Assembly (NCBI GenBank): GCA_965215015.1
Contig: OZ244042.1
Span: 2,688,001 to 2,752,000, forward strand
Origin: Candidatus Poribacteria bacterium
Lineage (GTDB): Bacteria > Poribacteria > WGA-4E > PCPOR2b
Length of the DNA stretch: 64,000 bases
Reading direction: 5' to 3'
The translations under genes and the position numbers were made by a program. This document shows positions 41,275 through 51,604 of the stretch, piece after piece; positions within the stretch are counted from its first letter, which is position 1; every line of letters starts with the position of its first letter. The notes beneath the pieces were generated by a model. That model made no database searches. It was given only the letters and a program-made list of their open reading frames with translations, and had not been told where the DNA came from.

Positions 41275-42080
41275 GATAGCTTTTCTCCATCGTTGGATGC
41301 AATGAGTCTTAGGTCGTAGGGGTGTTGTTGGGTGTTTCTCTCAAAAAAACCGAGCAGATCAGCAAATAGTGTTTTTTCCGAGATTCCCATTTTTACCAAT
41401 GCCGTTCGTACCTTTTCCTTGCGTATAGCAGGAATAACGATTTCTTGAGCGATCATTTCCCTATCCATTTCAGGTGGGCCAAATAGAAATACCGATTGCT
41501 GCATAGTCAGCCGTTCGGTGTCTACCTTCCGACTGTCCAAAGTCGGTGCCCAAAGATACCACCGCTCTTGATTCGCGTCAAAAAACGCTGCCAGATTATG
41601 CTCAAGCACTTCCATTGTATTTATCGGTTCAATTTTCTGACTATCATTTTCTAATACAATAACCTTGCCATTTATATCCTCATCATTCTCATTAGCGCAG
41701 GCAAACCAAAGTGCAACCAAGGGGCTGAATGTAAAATCGATCAACCCTGTTGCTACCTTGTTATGCTGCAAATGCGCCATACACTCCAACGGGTGCAGGT
41801 CCCTGTATGTAGATGGATACTTTAGTTGAATCTCATCAACGATTTGTAGAAGATAATCCCGGTGATGAGAACGTAATAATTCAGAGAAACGGTTATATTC
41901 CCTTTCCGACTCCTGTTCCAAAGGACTAGTACTAATTTCTAAGCGACGATAAGCACTGCTGTTCACTTGCCACTCTGCATTTCTCTGCCCTCGATAGAGA
42001 TAACCTTTTTCTGAATCAGTTATAGCGTTTATTTGGTTAATGTAATCTGCTAAGTCCGAGATTTCAATTGGTTCATTCAT
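41271..42080 (-). CDS. FRG domain protein
   Basis: YLYRGQ, LQH...TGLIDFTFSPLVALWFAC, R...QQSVF and GISEKTLF.D motifs; ATGA overlap with the TPR gene. Confidence 0.9.
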   Translation of the reverse strand: MNEPIEISDLADYINQINAITDSEKGYLYRGQRNAEWQVNSSAYRRLEISTSPLEQESEREYNRFSELLRSHHRDYLLQIVDEIQLKYPSTYRDLHPLECMAHLQHNKVATGLIDFTFSPLVALWFACANENDEDINGKVIVLENDSQKIEPINTMEVLEHNLAAFFDANQERWYLWAPTLDSRKVDTERLTMQQSVFLFGPPEMDREMIAQEIVIPAIRKEKVRTALVKMGISEKTLFADLLGFFERNTQQHPYDLRLIASNDGEKLS

Positions 42081-42305
42081 ATGAGTCCATCATGCTTCAC
42101 TACCCACAGCTGGTCCGGTGTCAACCTCACCATGTAAAACAGTTTGGGAATATGCAGGGCTAAACTATTGTCCCATTTCTGCACACGAGTTTCCATATCT
42201 TTCCGCCTTCCCAATCGTAGATATAATGGATATACATTGGAAATTAGAATTTGTCAAGACGAATTTTGCGTATGATTCTCCGTTCTTATGCTCCGCTTGG
42301 AGGCG

Positions 42306-43616
42306 TCAATCATCCATAATCGCCGCGTAGACCAACGGTTTAACGGTATGGCTCAGCGCGGAAAAGGGGACGTGCTGTGCCAAAGTAATCGACACCAACT
42401 CATCATCTCGCGGCGAGATCCAAAACTCGGTACTGGTGCCGCCAATCCAGCCGTACTCACCGATCTGTGAAGCTGGCACCCAGTCGGTCTGTTGGACGCG
42501 CACCGAGACACCCAACCCGAAACCGAGTCCTTCATAGCGGTCTTTAGGCTTTTTGTCGAGCGGTATTAAGTGATCGGATAAATGGTTGTGAGTCATCAAC
42601 TCAACGGACTCCGCTTTCATCAAGCGTTTCCCGGACAGAGCTCCCTTGCCTGAAAGCATTAGGCAGAATCGAGCAAAATCGGCTGCTGTCGAGACCAAGC
42701 CTCCGCCGGCGGATAGAAACTTCGGTTTCCTTGTAAAACTGGTCTTGGATATGTGTCCGGTGCCGCCCTCCGGCGCATCAATGGTCTGTAAGCCCCCTGT
42801 TGGCCCTGGACCGTACATGCCTGCCAACCGATCAAGTTTCTCCGCCGGCACATAGACCCCGGTATCTACCATGCCCAACGGTTGGAAAATGCGCTCGGCT
42901 AAAAACTGGTCGAAGGATTGACCGGAAGCGACCTCAATCAGTCGTCCCAAGACATCGGCGGCAATGCTGTAGTGCCATTTTGTACCCGGTTGATACAACA
43001 GCGGAATTGTGTCCAGCCGCTCGACAAGTTCCTGCAGGTTACATTCATGCAAACGGTCTAATCCCGCCTTACGGTAGAGTTTATCGACTGCGGTATTGCC
43101 ATCCATGTACCGGGCAGCACCGGGCAATCCAGCGGTGTGCTGCATCAGATCTTGAATAGTTATTTCCCGATCAGCTTTGACCGGCGTGAACACATCGGCG
43201 TCAGCATCGCGTGCCACTTTCAGTTCACCTAATTTAGGCAGATATATCGAAGCCGGGGCGTCGAGTATTAGTTTTCCCTCCTCACAGAGCATCATCACCC
43301 CCGTGGCAGCGACAGGCTTGGTCATCGAATAGATACGGAAAATTGTATCTTTTTGCATCGGCTTGTTGGCTTGGAGGTCCATCAGTCCGTATGCCTCAAA
43401 GTGAGCCACCTTGCCGCGTCGGGCTACAAGCGTGACCGCCCCGGCGAGCTCTCCCTCGTCAATGAAGCCTTGGACAGTCGAGGAAATGCACTCAAGCCGT
43501 TCCGCCGACAGTCCCACCCCGTGGGGGGCGGCGGTCAAACCGAGGAGGTTGTCATCACGATAGCCACATGATGTCTGTGTTTCAGAGATCGGTTGCTTGT
43601 TCACCAATTCCTCCAA
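42306..43616 (-). CDS. Serine hydrolase, beta-lactamase class C-like family
   Basis: FRIYSMTK (SxxK), QPGTKWHYS and GGGLVST motifs. Confidence 0.93.
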   Translation of the reverse strand: MEELVNKQPISETQTSCGYRDDNLLGLTAAPHGVGLSAERLECISSTVQGFIDEGELAGAVTLVARRGKVAHFEAYGLMDLQANKPMQKDTIFRIYSMTKPVAATGVMMLCEEGKLILDAPASIYLPKLGELKVARDADADVFTPVKADREITIQDLMQHTAGLPGAARYMDGNTAVDKLYRKAGLDRLHECNLQELVERLDTIPLLYQPGTKWHYSIAADVLGRLIEVASGQSFDQFLAERIFQPLGMVDTGVYVPAEKLDRLAGMYGPGPTGGLQTIDAPEGGTGHISKTSFTRKPKFLSAGGGLVSTAADFARFCLMLSGKGALSGKRLMKAESVELMTHNHLSDHLIPLDKKPKDRYEGLGFGLGVSVRVQQTDWVPASQIGEYGWIGGTSTEFWISPRDDELVSITLAQHVPFSALSHTVKPLVYAAIMDD

Positions 43617-43657
43617 ATTCCTCTAGATTCCGATTACTATGATGTCCTTCGGCAGAT

Positions 43658-44119
43658 TCACACCATTTGAGAAGGCTCCCCAAGAAGTTCCTTCAATTTG
43701 GATGCCCGGTAGGCAAAAATTTTCTCTAGATCTGGGGCGACGAAAAACTTTTGCACAAGCCGACCGCCAAGTATAGCGTACTCAACCTCATCTCTTATCA
43801 GCGTACCCTCAGGGATGGGAACAAAGGTGTGTGTATGAATCCAGCGACGGTAGGGCCCCCGACGCTGTTCATCAACAAAGGAGTGAGGTGGATTCCAAGC
43901 TGTTATCTCGGTCTGCCAACGGATGGGGATACCTCGCAGTTTCAGGCGATAGTCGATTAACGTTCCAACTGCTATCCTAATTGGAGTAGGTGTTAGCATC
44001 TGAAAATGGAGCCAAGGGGGCGTTATCTCCGCCAGGTTGTCAACATATGAAAAAAAATTGAATAGCTCGTGTTCCGACTTCTCGACTTTCTGTTCGATTT
44101 TTAGGTGAAATATTTTCAT
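43658..44119 (-). CDS. SRPBCC family protein
   Basis: NLAEITPPWL and FVDEQRRGPYRRWIHTH motifs. Confidence 0.88.
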   Translation of the reverse strand: MKIFHLKIEQKVEKSEHELFNFFSYVDNLAEITPPWLHFQMLTPTPIRIAVGTLIDYRLKLRGIPIRWQTEITAWNPPHSFVDEQRRGPYRRWIHTHTFVPIPEGTLIRDEVEYAILGGRLVQKFFVAPDLEKIFAYRASKLKELLGEPSQMV

Positions 44120-44243
44120 TTTTTTGAGTTGAAAGGAAATGGATTGGATAGTTAAAGGCACTGTTTTGGATTACGTCAAGCCTCAGAGATTAAAGACCAA
44201 GTTTTTTGGAAAATTCGATTTCTCCGTGGGCTGTTTGATAGTG

Positions 44244-46031
44244 CTACGTTTCACGTTTGACAAGAATTAGGTGCAGCGTTAAAATGCCGATCGCGAGCAA
44301 CAGGAAAAACCACGCAAAACTGTGATACCCCCACCACTGCAATGTATCTTTCCCCCAATCGCCCCAACGCCCCGTAGCCTTATTTGTAAGATTTGACTCT
44401 GCTTGGGAGAGCGCATTTGAGGAGAAAGCGTATTTGTCTGTCTCTGTGTGCATCCTATAGATACCGACCGCTTCAGTTTTGAGGTTTATCGTCCTGTCCG
44501 GCACGGGTCGTACCGACACCGCGCCACTGGGTGAAACAATCTCCACAGATTTTGTCCCCAACTTGGTAGTCAGTACGGCGACTTCACCTAACCGCAGATT
44601 GGTGCGTTCTAATCCGGGCGTTTGCGAAGACCGCCACTGGAGGAGATTCCACATCAGGATGGGCCAATTCGGAGAATTTTGGAGTGTTGATAGATCTGGC
44701 TGCAGGCGTAATCGGATTTCATGGATTCCGGTAAACCGCTCGGTGTCAGTTAGCAAAGGCACATTTCCGGCGGTAATAATCGGTGTGCCCATAAACTGCT
44801 CCTTCACGCCAGCTCCCCACACCACGCCGCCGAGTGAAAGCCCTTCGGTCAACGGGTGCGTCAGATCAGTAACAAAGGGACCAAGATAAGCGGAGGCCTC
44901 CGATTCGGTAATAACCCGCATATACCACGCTTCGGAAGAATCATCGGCAGCTGCTGCATCGTCAAGAAACACTAATTCGGGTGCCGCTTTTGCCGCTAAC
45001 GCCCTATCAGTTGACGCCAACGCATTCTCAATGAGCGATCGAAGTCGCGGGTCTTGAACACGAATATCCACATGCACCGGTTTTCGACGTTGTGGCAAGA
45101 GCACAACTTTGTTATCAATTGCAAGAGCATCATCGCCAATCTGTGCTCGCAGCGGCGGCGTCCCAGCTGAAAGATTCAGAAAAATCTGGTGCGTCGCTCT
45201 CGGACCGATTTCAAGGGTCGCACGGCGCAGGGGTGAAGATGAGGTTTGGGAAGCAGAGGTATCAACCTCTACAACCAGCTCGGTACTGTCAGCGTGCGGT
45301 GAGAGATTGGTTATCTCCAACAAGCACCGTTCACCCGAATCGGTAGCGGTTCGGGCGGCATTGACAAATGCAATGTTGGGTTGCGGGATCCCGAACCCCC
45401 ACCACTGCATACGCTCTGCTCCTAGTATTTGCGGCGGAGGTTTATCTGTCAAAACAAGGATGAGTGCTTTCGCACCCCCAATCTCAGCGGCGAGATTTAC
45501 CGCTGCTGCAAGGTCCGCAGCTGGTGAAAAACATTGCCACGCTTCGAGTTGTGTTATTGCCTCACCCGCGGTACGTGCCGCTTCGTTCAACACCTGGGGC
45601 TCTGTGCCCGCCAGTACGTAGCGCACTGCATAGCGGCGGTTAGCGAGTGGATTCAACCCTTGAGGTGCAAGTTCCTCCTCAAGTGCTGCAATCGCTCGGC
45701 TTTTGGGAGTCTCATCAACACCTGCCAACATTGAGAAGGAATCATCGAGCACTACCATCAGTGGCATTGCACCTCGCATCGTCCGAAGGATCGGGGCTGC
45801 CGCTGCGAGGACGAGCAGTATAATGGCAAGTAACTCCAGAAAGAATAACAGGGGTATCCGTAACCGCTCAACGCGCAAGCCGCCTTGGCGTGCCTGCTGC
45901 TGGTTCACCCAAAGCATCAAGCTGGATACGGGATAACGCCGCGATCGGGTACGTAGAAGATAGATGCCGACAAGCCCCGGAATTGCCAAAAATGAGAGGA
46001 AGCCGAGCGGGAGTGTAAAGATGGGAATCAT
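44244..46031 (-). CDS. BatA N-terminal plus VWA domain protein
   Basis: IYLLR..SRRYPVSSLMLW, LDDSFSM MIDAS and DDALAIDN motifs; C-terminal TM. Confidence 0.9.
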   Translation of the reverse strand: MIPIFTLPLGFLSFLAIPGLVGIYLLRTRSRRYPVSSLMLWVNQQQARQGGLRVERLRIPLLFFLELLAIILLVLAAAAPILRTMRGAMPLMVVLDDSFSMLAGVDETPKSRAIAALEEELAPQGLNPLANRRYAVRYVLAGTEPQVLNEAARTAGEAITQLEAWQCFSPAADLAAAVNLAAEIGGAKALILVLTDKPPPQILGAERMQWWGFGIPQPNIAFVNAARTATDSGERCLLEITNLSPHADSTELVVEVDTSASQTSSSPLRRATLEIGPRATHQIFLNLSAGTPPLRAQIGDDALAIDNKVVLLPQRRKPVHVDIRVQDPRLRSLIENALASTDRALAAKAAPELVFLDDAAAADDSSEAWYMRVITESEASAYLGPFVTDLTHPLTEGLSLGGVVWGAGVKEQFMGTPIITAGNVPLLTDTERFTGIHEIRLRLQPDLSTLQNSPNWPILMWNLLQWRSSQTPGLERTNLRLGEVAVLTTKLGTKSVEIVSPSGAVSVRPVPDRTINLKTEAVGIYRMHTETDKYAFSSNALSQAESNLTNKATGRWGDWGKDTLQWWGYHSFAWFFLLLAIGILTLHLILVKRET

Positions 46032-46156
46032 GAATCACCCCCAATGGTCTGGATCTCTTGTATTTCCAATAATTACTAGATTATCAATTTGGCAGCAAGC
46101 GAAACAACGACAGCAATTATCACGCCCCATTGGGCTCAGCCCAAATTCTTGATGCG

Positions 46157-47662
46157 TTATCCGGGCTCATTTATCTGCGAATCACTTGCAGTTTCTTCTT
46201 TGAGGGGTCGAAAGTCTTCAAGCTGCCTCACGAACCACGGCAGGCTTAGCGCACCGGCGAATGCCGCACAAATAGTTGCGATTGTAACACTGTGTAGCAC
46301 AAGACTACTCTCATCACGAAATAGAAGTGGGCCGAGAGGGCTAGCAACAAGCCATTCCTGCTTCCACTTCCCAGAAAGAAAAAAGAGGACGAGCGGGGTG
46401 ATTGTCGTCGTAACACCGAACAGAACCAAAGCAATTACCCACGTATAACCACAGGTAACTCGGTCCGCCAAAAAGCGTCTTCTTATTACCGAGGCACCCA
46501 ACGCGTAACTGAATGCATACAGCCCTAAACCCACCAGAGATCCCAAGGTTTCAAGGGCGTGGTCAAACATATAGGGGAAAATACCCACCCATGCTGTTAG
46601 CGGCAATGAGGTCAGAATTATCATTAAAGATGACCACGCTACGCCGCTGGCAGCACCGCTATAAAAGAGAAATGCCAACAAACGGGGCAATAGTCGGCGC
46701 GGAATATCTTGGCGGACACGCTGTCCTAAATGCTCCCTTTCGCTGACTGCGACAAATAGACCGATGGAATACAACAGGATATGTATGAAGCCCCACGTCC
46801 AGATTGGTTGAAGGTCATTAACTCCTATACTCCAGATTGCTGCACCGACCCCGGTCAAGAGCCACACCGTCGTAACGAAGATACGCACAGGCAGTGCCCG
46901 ATTGGTAGATAAAGGGCTTATAAGCGCGATTGATAGCAGGGCACAGAGACCAATAAGTGCCAACCCGCTACCCAACATACCCAAGGCACCTCGCCAGAAT
47001 CGCCAAGAACCGAGTTGACTCCCTATACCGGAGTCCAGAAGTCCACCGGGCAGAAACATTACCACGATTAATGGAAAAAAAACAGTAACAATTAACCAAA
47101 ACCATCCTATACCGAGAATCACCTTAAAGATCCGATTGGCAGGAAGACAACCGATGAGGATAGCACATTGGACACCCACTGCCACCACGATGAAAACTAG
47201 CGCGAGCAGGATGAAAATTGATGGTAGGTCAACACCCCGCAACAGGTAGGTGAAGGTCATAAATGGCATACAGGCACTATAGAGCATGACAACGAGAATG
47301 AGACTCGCGAAGAATTTACCCCAGATGATTGAGCGCGGCCGGAGGGTTGTGATGAATAGGAGATCGATATTGGCATCCGCTCGCTCGCTCGCTAACCGGA
47401 TGCCGGTATAGGCTGGCACAAACAGTAGGCATGTCCCTAGCAAAATCCCTAGTAAAACCCGACAAATGTTTCGCCCTGCATTGAAAGCCCCAGAAGCGGA
47501 TTCATTTGTTAAGAATAGTGCCATGGTAAGCAATTGAAGGCAGAGAAAACAGATTAACACCACGATCAGGAATTTGCCATGGACAGCTTGACGCAACTCT
47601 TTAATAACGATAGGATTGAGCGTGTCATTAATTTTTTCAAGACTGGCGGCAATCGATTTCAT
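46157..47662 (-). CDS. ABC-2 type transporter permease-like multi-TM protein
   Basis: NPIVIKELRQ and ASER...DLLFIT.L.PRSIIWGK motifs; many TMs. Confidence 0.85.
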   Translation of the reverse strand: MKSIAASLEKINDTLNPIVIKELRQAVHGKFLIVVLICFLCLQLLTMALFLTNESASGAFNAGRNICRVLLGILLGTCLLFVPAYTGIRLASERADANIDLLFITTLRPRSIIWGKFFASLILVVMLYSACMPFMTFTYLLRGVDLPSIFILLALVFIVVAVGVQCAILIGCLPANRIFKVILGIGWFWLIVTVFFPLIVVMFLPGGLLDSGIGSQLGSWRFWRGALGMLGSGLALIGLCALLSIALISPLSTNRALPVRIFVTTVWLLTGVGAAIWSIGVNDLQPIWTWGFIHILLYSIGLFVAVSEREHLGQRVRQDIPRRLLPRLLAFLFYSGAASGVAWSSLMIILTSLPLTAWVGIFPYMFDHALETLGSLVGLGLYAFSYALGASVIRRRFLADRVTCGYTWVIALVLFGVTTTITPLVLFFLSGKWKQEWLVASPLGPLLFRDESSLVLHSVTIATICAAFAGALSLPWFVRQLEDFRPLKEETASDSQINEPG

Positions 47663-48588
47663 TGTACCTCTCCCCTTGTTATGTTCATGAATACCGATTC
47701 CAGATCTCTGCCCTGCTGCCTAAATTCAACGATACGGTATCCATCACGGATCAGGTTTCCGAGGAGGTCACTGCACGTTTCCTCAGAGCCGGTGATTTTC
47801 GCCTCTATCTCATTTTCTAATTGATTGACCGCCGCAACATTTGACATCAACAACAGCGATTTAGACAGGTCATCTTGTTGGTTGAGCGACCGGATGAGGA
47901 CGGTATGCTGCTCAATCTCCGGCTTGGCAATCTCTTGCAACGTTCCGGCGGCAATAATCCGCCCCTGTTCGATAATAACAGTGCCATCGCAGATTTCCGA
48001 GAGTTCGGTAAGGATGTGCGAGCTAATCAGGATAGCTTTCCCTTGCCCTGATAGAACCCTCAGCAACTCCCGCAGCTCGACTCTTGCCCGCGGATCGAGT
48101 CCGGCTGCGGGTTCATCCATTACCAACACCGGCGGATCATGGAGGAGGGCGCGTGCGAGACTCACTCGCTGTTTCATCCCCTTCGAGAGCGCATGCAAGG
48201 TTTTTTCGCGAATGCCTATGAGATTAGTAAATTCTTCGATATTTTCGATCACTTGTCGGCGTTGCGTCCCAGTCAACCCGTAAGCGCGAGCAAAGAAGTC
48301 GAGGTATTCATGCACAGATATATCCCGGTGCATGGGAAGGGCATCGGGCACATATCCAATCAATTGACGTGCCTTCTCCGGCCTCTCCACAATCGAGACA
48401 TCATCAATTTTGGCGTCGCCGTCTGTCGGTTCATCAAGCGTGGCCAAGATTCTCATGGTCGTCGTCTTACCAGCACCGTTGGGACCGACAAAGCCGATGA
48501 TCTGCCCCGATGAAAAGCTAAATGAGATGTCGTCAACCGCTCGCGTTGCGCCAAAGTCTTTTCTGAGATGAATGATATTGACCTGCAT
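47659..48588 (-). CDS. ABC transporter ATP-binding protein
   Basis: GPNGAGKT, LSKGM, VMDEP and SSH motifs. Confidence 0.95.
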   Translation of the reverse strand: MQVNIIHLRKDFGATRAVDDISFSFSSGQIIGFVGPNGAGKTTTMRILATLDEPTDGDAKIDDVSIVERPEKARQLIGYVPDALPMHRDISVHEYLDFFARAYGLTGTQRRQVIENIEEFTNLIGIREKTLHALSKGMKQRVSLARALLHDPPVLVMDEPAAGLDPRARVELRELLRVLSGQGKAILISSHILTELSEICDGTVIIEQGRIIAAGTLQEIAKPEIEQHTVLIRSLNQQDDLSKSLLLMSNVAAVNQLENEIEAKITGSEETCSDLLGNLIRDGYRIVEFRQQGRDLESVFMNITRGEVQ

Positions 48589-48660
48589 GTGGTTGTATGG
48601 TTATCCTGTTCTCAAGATTAACAAAAAATCTGACGCCATTCCAACCAGATTTTTATCTTT

Positions 48661-49011
48661 TAGGAGTTACGCCCTTGAGTTTATCGTAACGTGATTCAAC
48701 CCGTGTCACCATAGACCATAAATCGCCTGACAGGAGTCGGTATACACCGTATGCCGTGCCCCCCTTCCCCACTAAATACCCGGTGGGGTATCCCTAGTCC
48801 CCCGCAAGCAGGGGAATGGCACACGGAGCGTGTCTAATGCTTCGGGATTCACTGTCGCCGCCCGATTCATCGAGCGTTCAGAGGCATCTTCACCGGCGAT
48901 GAATCGCCGAGGATACCATGACTCTTGTGCTATAATCATGGCTCAACCTACCATGAACATTGCGCGCCCTTTTCTGATGTTGGCGTCGAGGGGTTAACTG
49001 CGTAAATCCTA
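48661..49011. mobile_element. Nested MITE/REP composite (TAGGAGTTACGC...GCGTAAATCCTA)
   Basis: Imperfect TIR shared with 57061-57230; both contain CTAAATACCCGGTGGG. Confidence 0.65.
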
Positions 49012-49049
49012 TCTCTTCATTGACACCAAAATCGAAAAGGATTATCCCC

Positions 49050-51239
49050 TTATTCCTCTGCCAAGATGCCGTAAACGACAGAACTATATTGTTTGTCCGT
49101 CACGTTCCGCAACCCCTCCTCAATAAACGGAGAGGTGTCTAAGGACGCGATATAACAGCCGGGGCGGAGATATTCTTCCGGGACACTTTTGAGACGTTCG
49201 ATATTTTCTATCCAATTATCAGAGATAAATATCCCGCGCAAGCCAATCATTTTGCCATCATAGATTCTGAGGTCCGCCGGAAACCCCCCACCCGTAAACT
49301 CATTAATAATTGAAACAGTGTATGTACGCTCTGAAACTTGATCTGTTATCTTCCACTGTTGTTTTCCGCGCTGTGTTTGAGTGGAAACGGTGACATCATT
49401 GGAGAGCAACACACCGTGCTTTCTTAGCTCATTTCTTAACATCGGTGGGATGTTCCCGTCATCCAGCTCCTGATCGACGGAAAGGTTCTGCACCGTAAGC
49501 TGGAAGACTCCGTCAACCCGACCCAGACGTCCCAAACGTAAGTCCGGCCGTGACACTAGCTTTGCTTCCGCTCCCGCGGAAATGCCGGTTGCAAAATAGA
49601 TTGTACCCTTTCTGTCTGCCAACCAGAATTGGCGGATGTCGACACCCAGACCATTGACAATTCTCAAACCAGCATTTGCCCCCCTTCTGACAGTGACGCG
49701 CTCACGTCTCATTTCGCTCTTGCGGACCATAAAATGCGCTGGAACGCGGGAGGCTACCCAACCGCTTGCTAAGTGCTGGTTGTGTGTCCAGTCAACCGTA
49801 CGAACTGTACTTGTGGTCTGGGAGATTTGAGGTGTCAGCTCCGTCTCATAGCCGAAGTGCAATCCGTCGCCTGGGGTCAGTGCTGAATAGAAAGCGGTCC
49901 AGCCAATGGTTGTCGCGCGACGAGCCCTTTCGTCAAGAATCGTCAACCCCATTGTACGGACCTGACGCCTCCACCCTTCGGCAAAGGTTGCGTAGGCAAA
50001 TACAGCAAGACAGGTAATCAGCGAGATGACTGGGGTTGTCCAAAGCATCCAGATGCGCCGCCTTTTGCGAGATAGTACAATCAGGTTCGCCGGACCGATT
50101 GCCACGGCAAAAAGGAGCATCAGCAGAAACAGCCCTCGCACAGGAATCCCTACATTACTTACCACTGGAAACATGCGGTTGGCTTCGTCAACCGATCCCT
50201 TCCATTGCCAAGGAGCCGCGGTTTTCAGCCATGACTCTATAACCCAGCCCCATTGGTTCTGATTCAAACCTCTTGTATCTGTCTCAGTGCTCACGATACA
50301 CTGACCGAAACCGACATCGTATGCGGCAATCCCCACAGAATCGGTGGAAAGTTCAGATTTGAGCGATTCCTGCAATCCCCAGCTTTCAGGGAGCTCTCGA
50401 CCTCCCAACACGAATAGGGCACCGCCACACTCTACGTAACGCCAGAGCGCGGACTGAACATCGGGCGGCATCCGTCGGATATCGTCGCCCGTAACGACAA
50501 CACCATCGTAGCGTGAGAAACCGAGCCAGCTCGTGCTCCACGCCGACACAGGCAACCCGAGATCAACCGTTTGGTAGGCGGCGGCGGAGCCTCCACCGCT
50601 GGAAGGCAAGAATCCACCACTTGAGGGGACGGGACTGCTTGAACCAAAAGGGGTAAGCAACCTATCAGCGTAGGTGTGTAAGTCTGTGGTATCCACATTT
50701 CGACTTATCAGGATTCGGAGTGATACGTAGGAACTTCTCACACGCTTTATTGTACTCATTGGCGCACCCGGTGGTGTACCAATACCTATTGAAGCGTGTC
50801 TTACACCCGATTCGTCCCGACCGTGTTGCCGAATAGGTAACGACACCGTCTCTTTTTGAACTTTGCCGTCAATAGCAACTCCCAAAGCACTGCCATGCAG
50901 TATCACCGGCGGCTGAAGCAAGGAGACATGGCCTGTGGCAGACGGGCCAACAACCACCGAACGGGTAATTTCTCGGATTCGATTTCCAGAAACACCGAAA
51001 CTCGTTCTCGGCAAAATCAATGTCACCCGATGGGCTTTGTCAAGTGAGCGATTCGATACAGCAATCCTATATTCCGCATAGCCGTGGAAACTGTTGCTGC
51101 TTGGTTCGAGTTCGAGCGTGATTGTTATGTCATCAAAATCCTGCTTTGTGAAGGCATTGGATACGGCGCAACACATCCACACGGCGACAAGAAAGGAGGT
51201 AACACGCGGGCCAGCATATCGCATTGTTGATTGCCTCAT
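49050..51239 (-). CDS. Hypothetical exported membrane protein of the MoxR/VWA operon
   Basis: Signal peptide, GATase-like segment (YDGVVV...ALWRYVECGG.L), two TMs (IGPANL..L...LW.TPVIS); start at 51239 or 51224. Confidence 0.8.
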   Translation of the reverse strand: MRQSTMRYAGPRVTSFLVAVWMCCAVSNAFTKQDFDDITITLELEPSSNSFHGYAEYRIAVSNRSLDKAHRVTLILPRTSFGVSGNRIREITRSVVVGPSATGHVSLLQPPVILHGSALGVAIDGKVQKETVSLPIRQHGRDESGVRHASIGIGTPPGAPMSTIKRVRSSYVSLRILISRNVDTTDLHTYADRLLTPFGSSSPVPSSGGFLPSSGGGSAAAYQTVDLGLPVSAWSTSWLGFSRYDGVVVTGDDIRRMPPDVQSALWRYVECGGALFVLGGRELPESWGLQESLKSELSTDSVGIAAYDVGFGQCIVSTETDTRGLNQNQWGWVIESWLKTAAPWQWKGSVDEANRMFPVVSNVGIPVRGLFLLMLLFAVAIGPANLIVLSRKRRRIWMLWTTPVISLITCLAVFAYATFAEGWRRQVRTMGLTILDERARRATTIGWTAFYSALTPGDGLHFGYETELTPQISQTTSTVRTVDWTHNQHLASGWVASRVPAHFMVRKSEMRRERVTVRRGANAGLRIVNGLGVDIRQFWLADRKGTIYFATGISAGAEAKLVSRPDLRLGRLGRVDGVFQLTVQNLSVDQELDDGNIPPMLRNELRKHGVLLSNDVTVSTQTQRGKQQWKITDQVSERTYTVSIINEFTGGGFPADLRIYDGKMIGLRGIFISDNWIENIERLKSVPEEYLRPGCYIASLDTSPFIEEGLRNVTDKQYSSVVYGILAEE

Positions 51240-51604
51240 ATTAAGTCGGGGGCTTATGTTAAGTCGGTGGCTTATGTTAAGAAATCGTACAACAGAAACC
51301 GAGTTTTCAAAAAAAAGCTCGGTTTCTGTTCGCGCCTTACACCTTCTTTTCAGATGAGCCAAGTCGACTATAAATGCCGGTCGTACAAGCCTTCGTGGCT
51401 CACTGCGTAATCAAACAAATAATGGTGGGCAATTAGGCCCAACAGGCACCATAAATTCGTCTGCCAACTGATTGTCCGGGGCTTCAAATTCATCATCAGA
51501 TAGCTGTAGACAGTTATTCATTAATATCTCCACCGCGGCTTCTCTCATTCTTCCTATCTTCCAACCTTTCACCATTTCAACAACCTATCCTCCGTAAAAT
51601 AAAC

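Noticed and set aside
51233-51284. Three 18-bp tandem repeats (GGCTTATGTTAAG..)
   Set aside because: Iterated end of the GCTCATGTTAAG MITE family; no spacers, so not CRISPR
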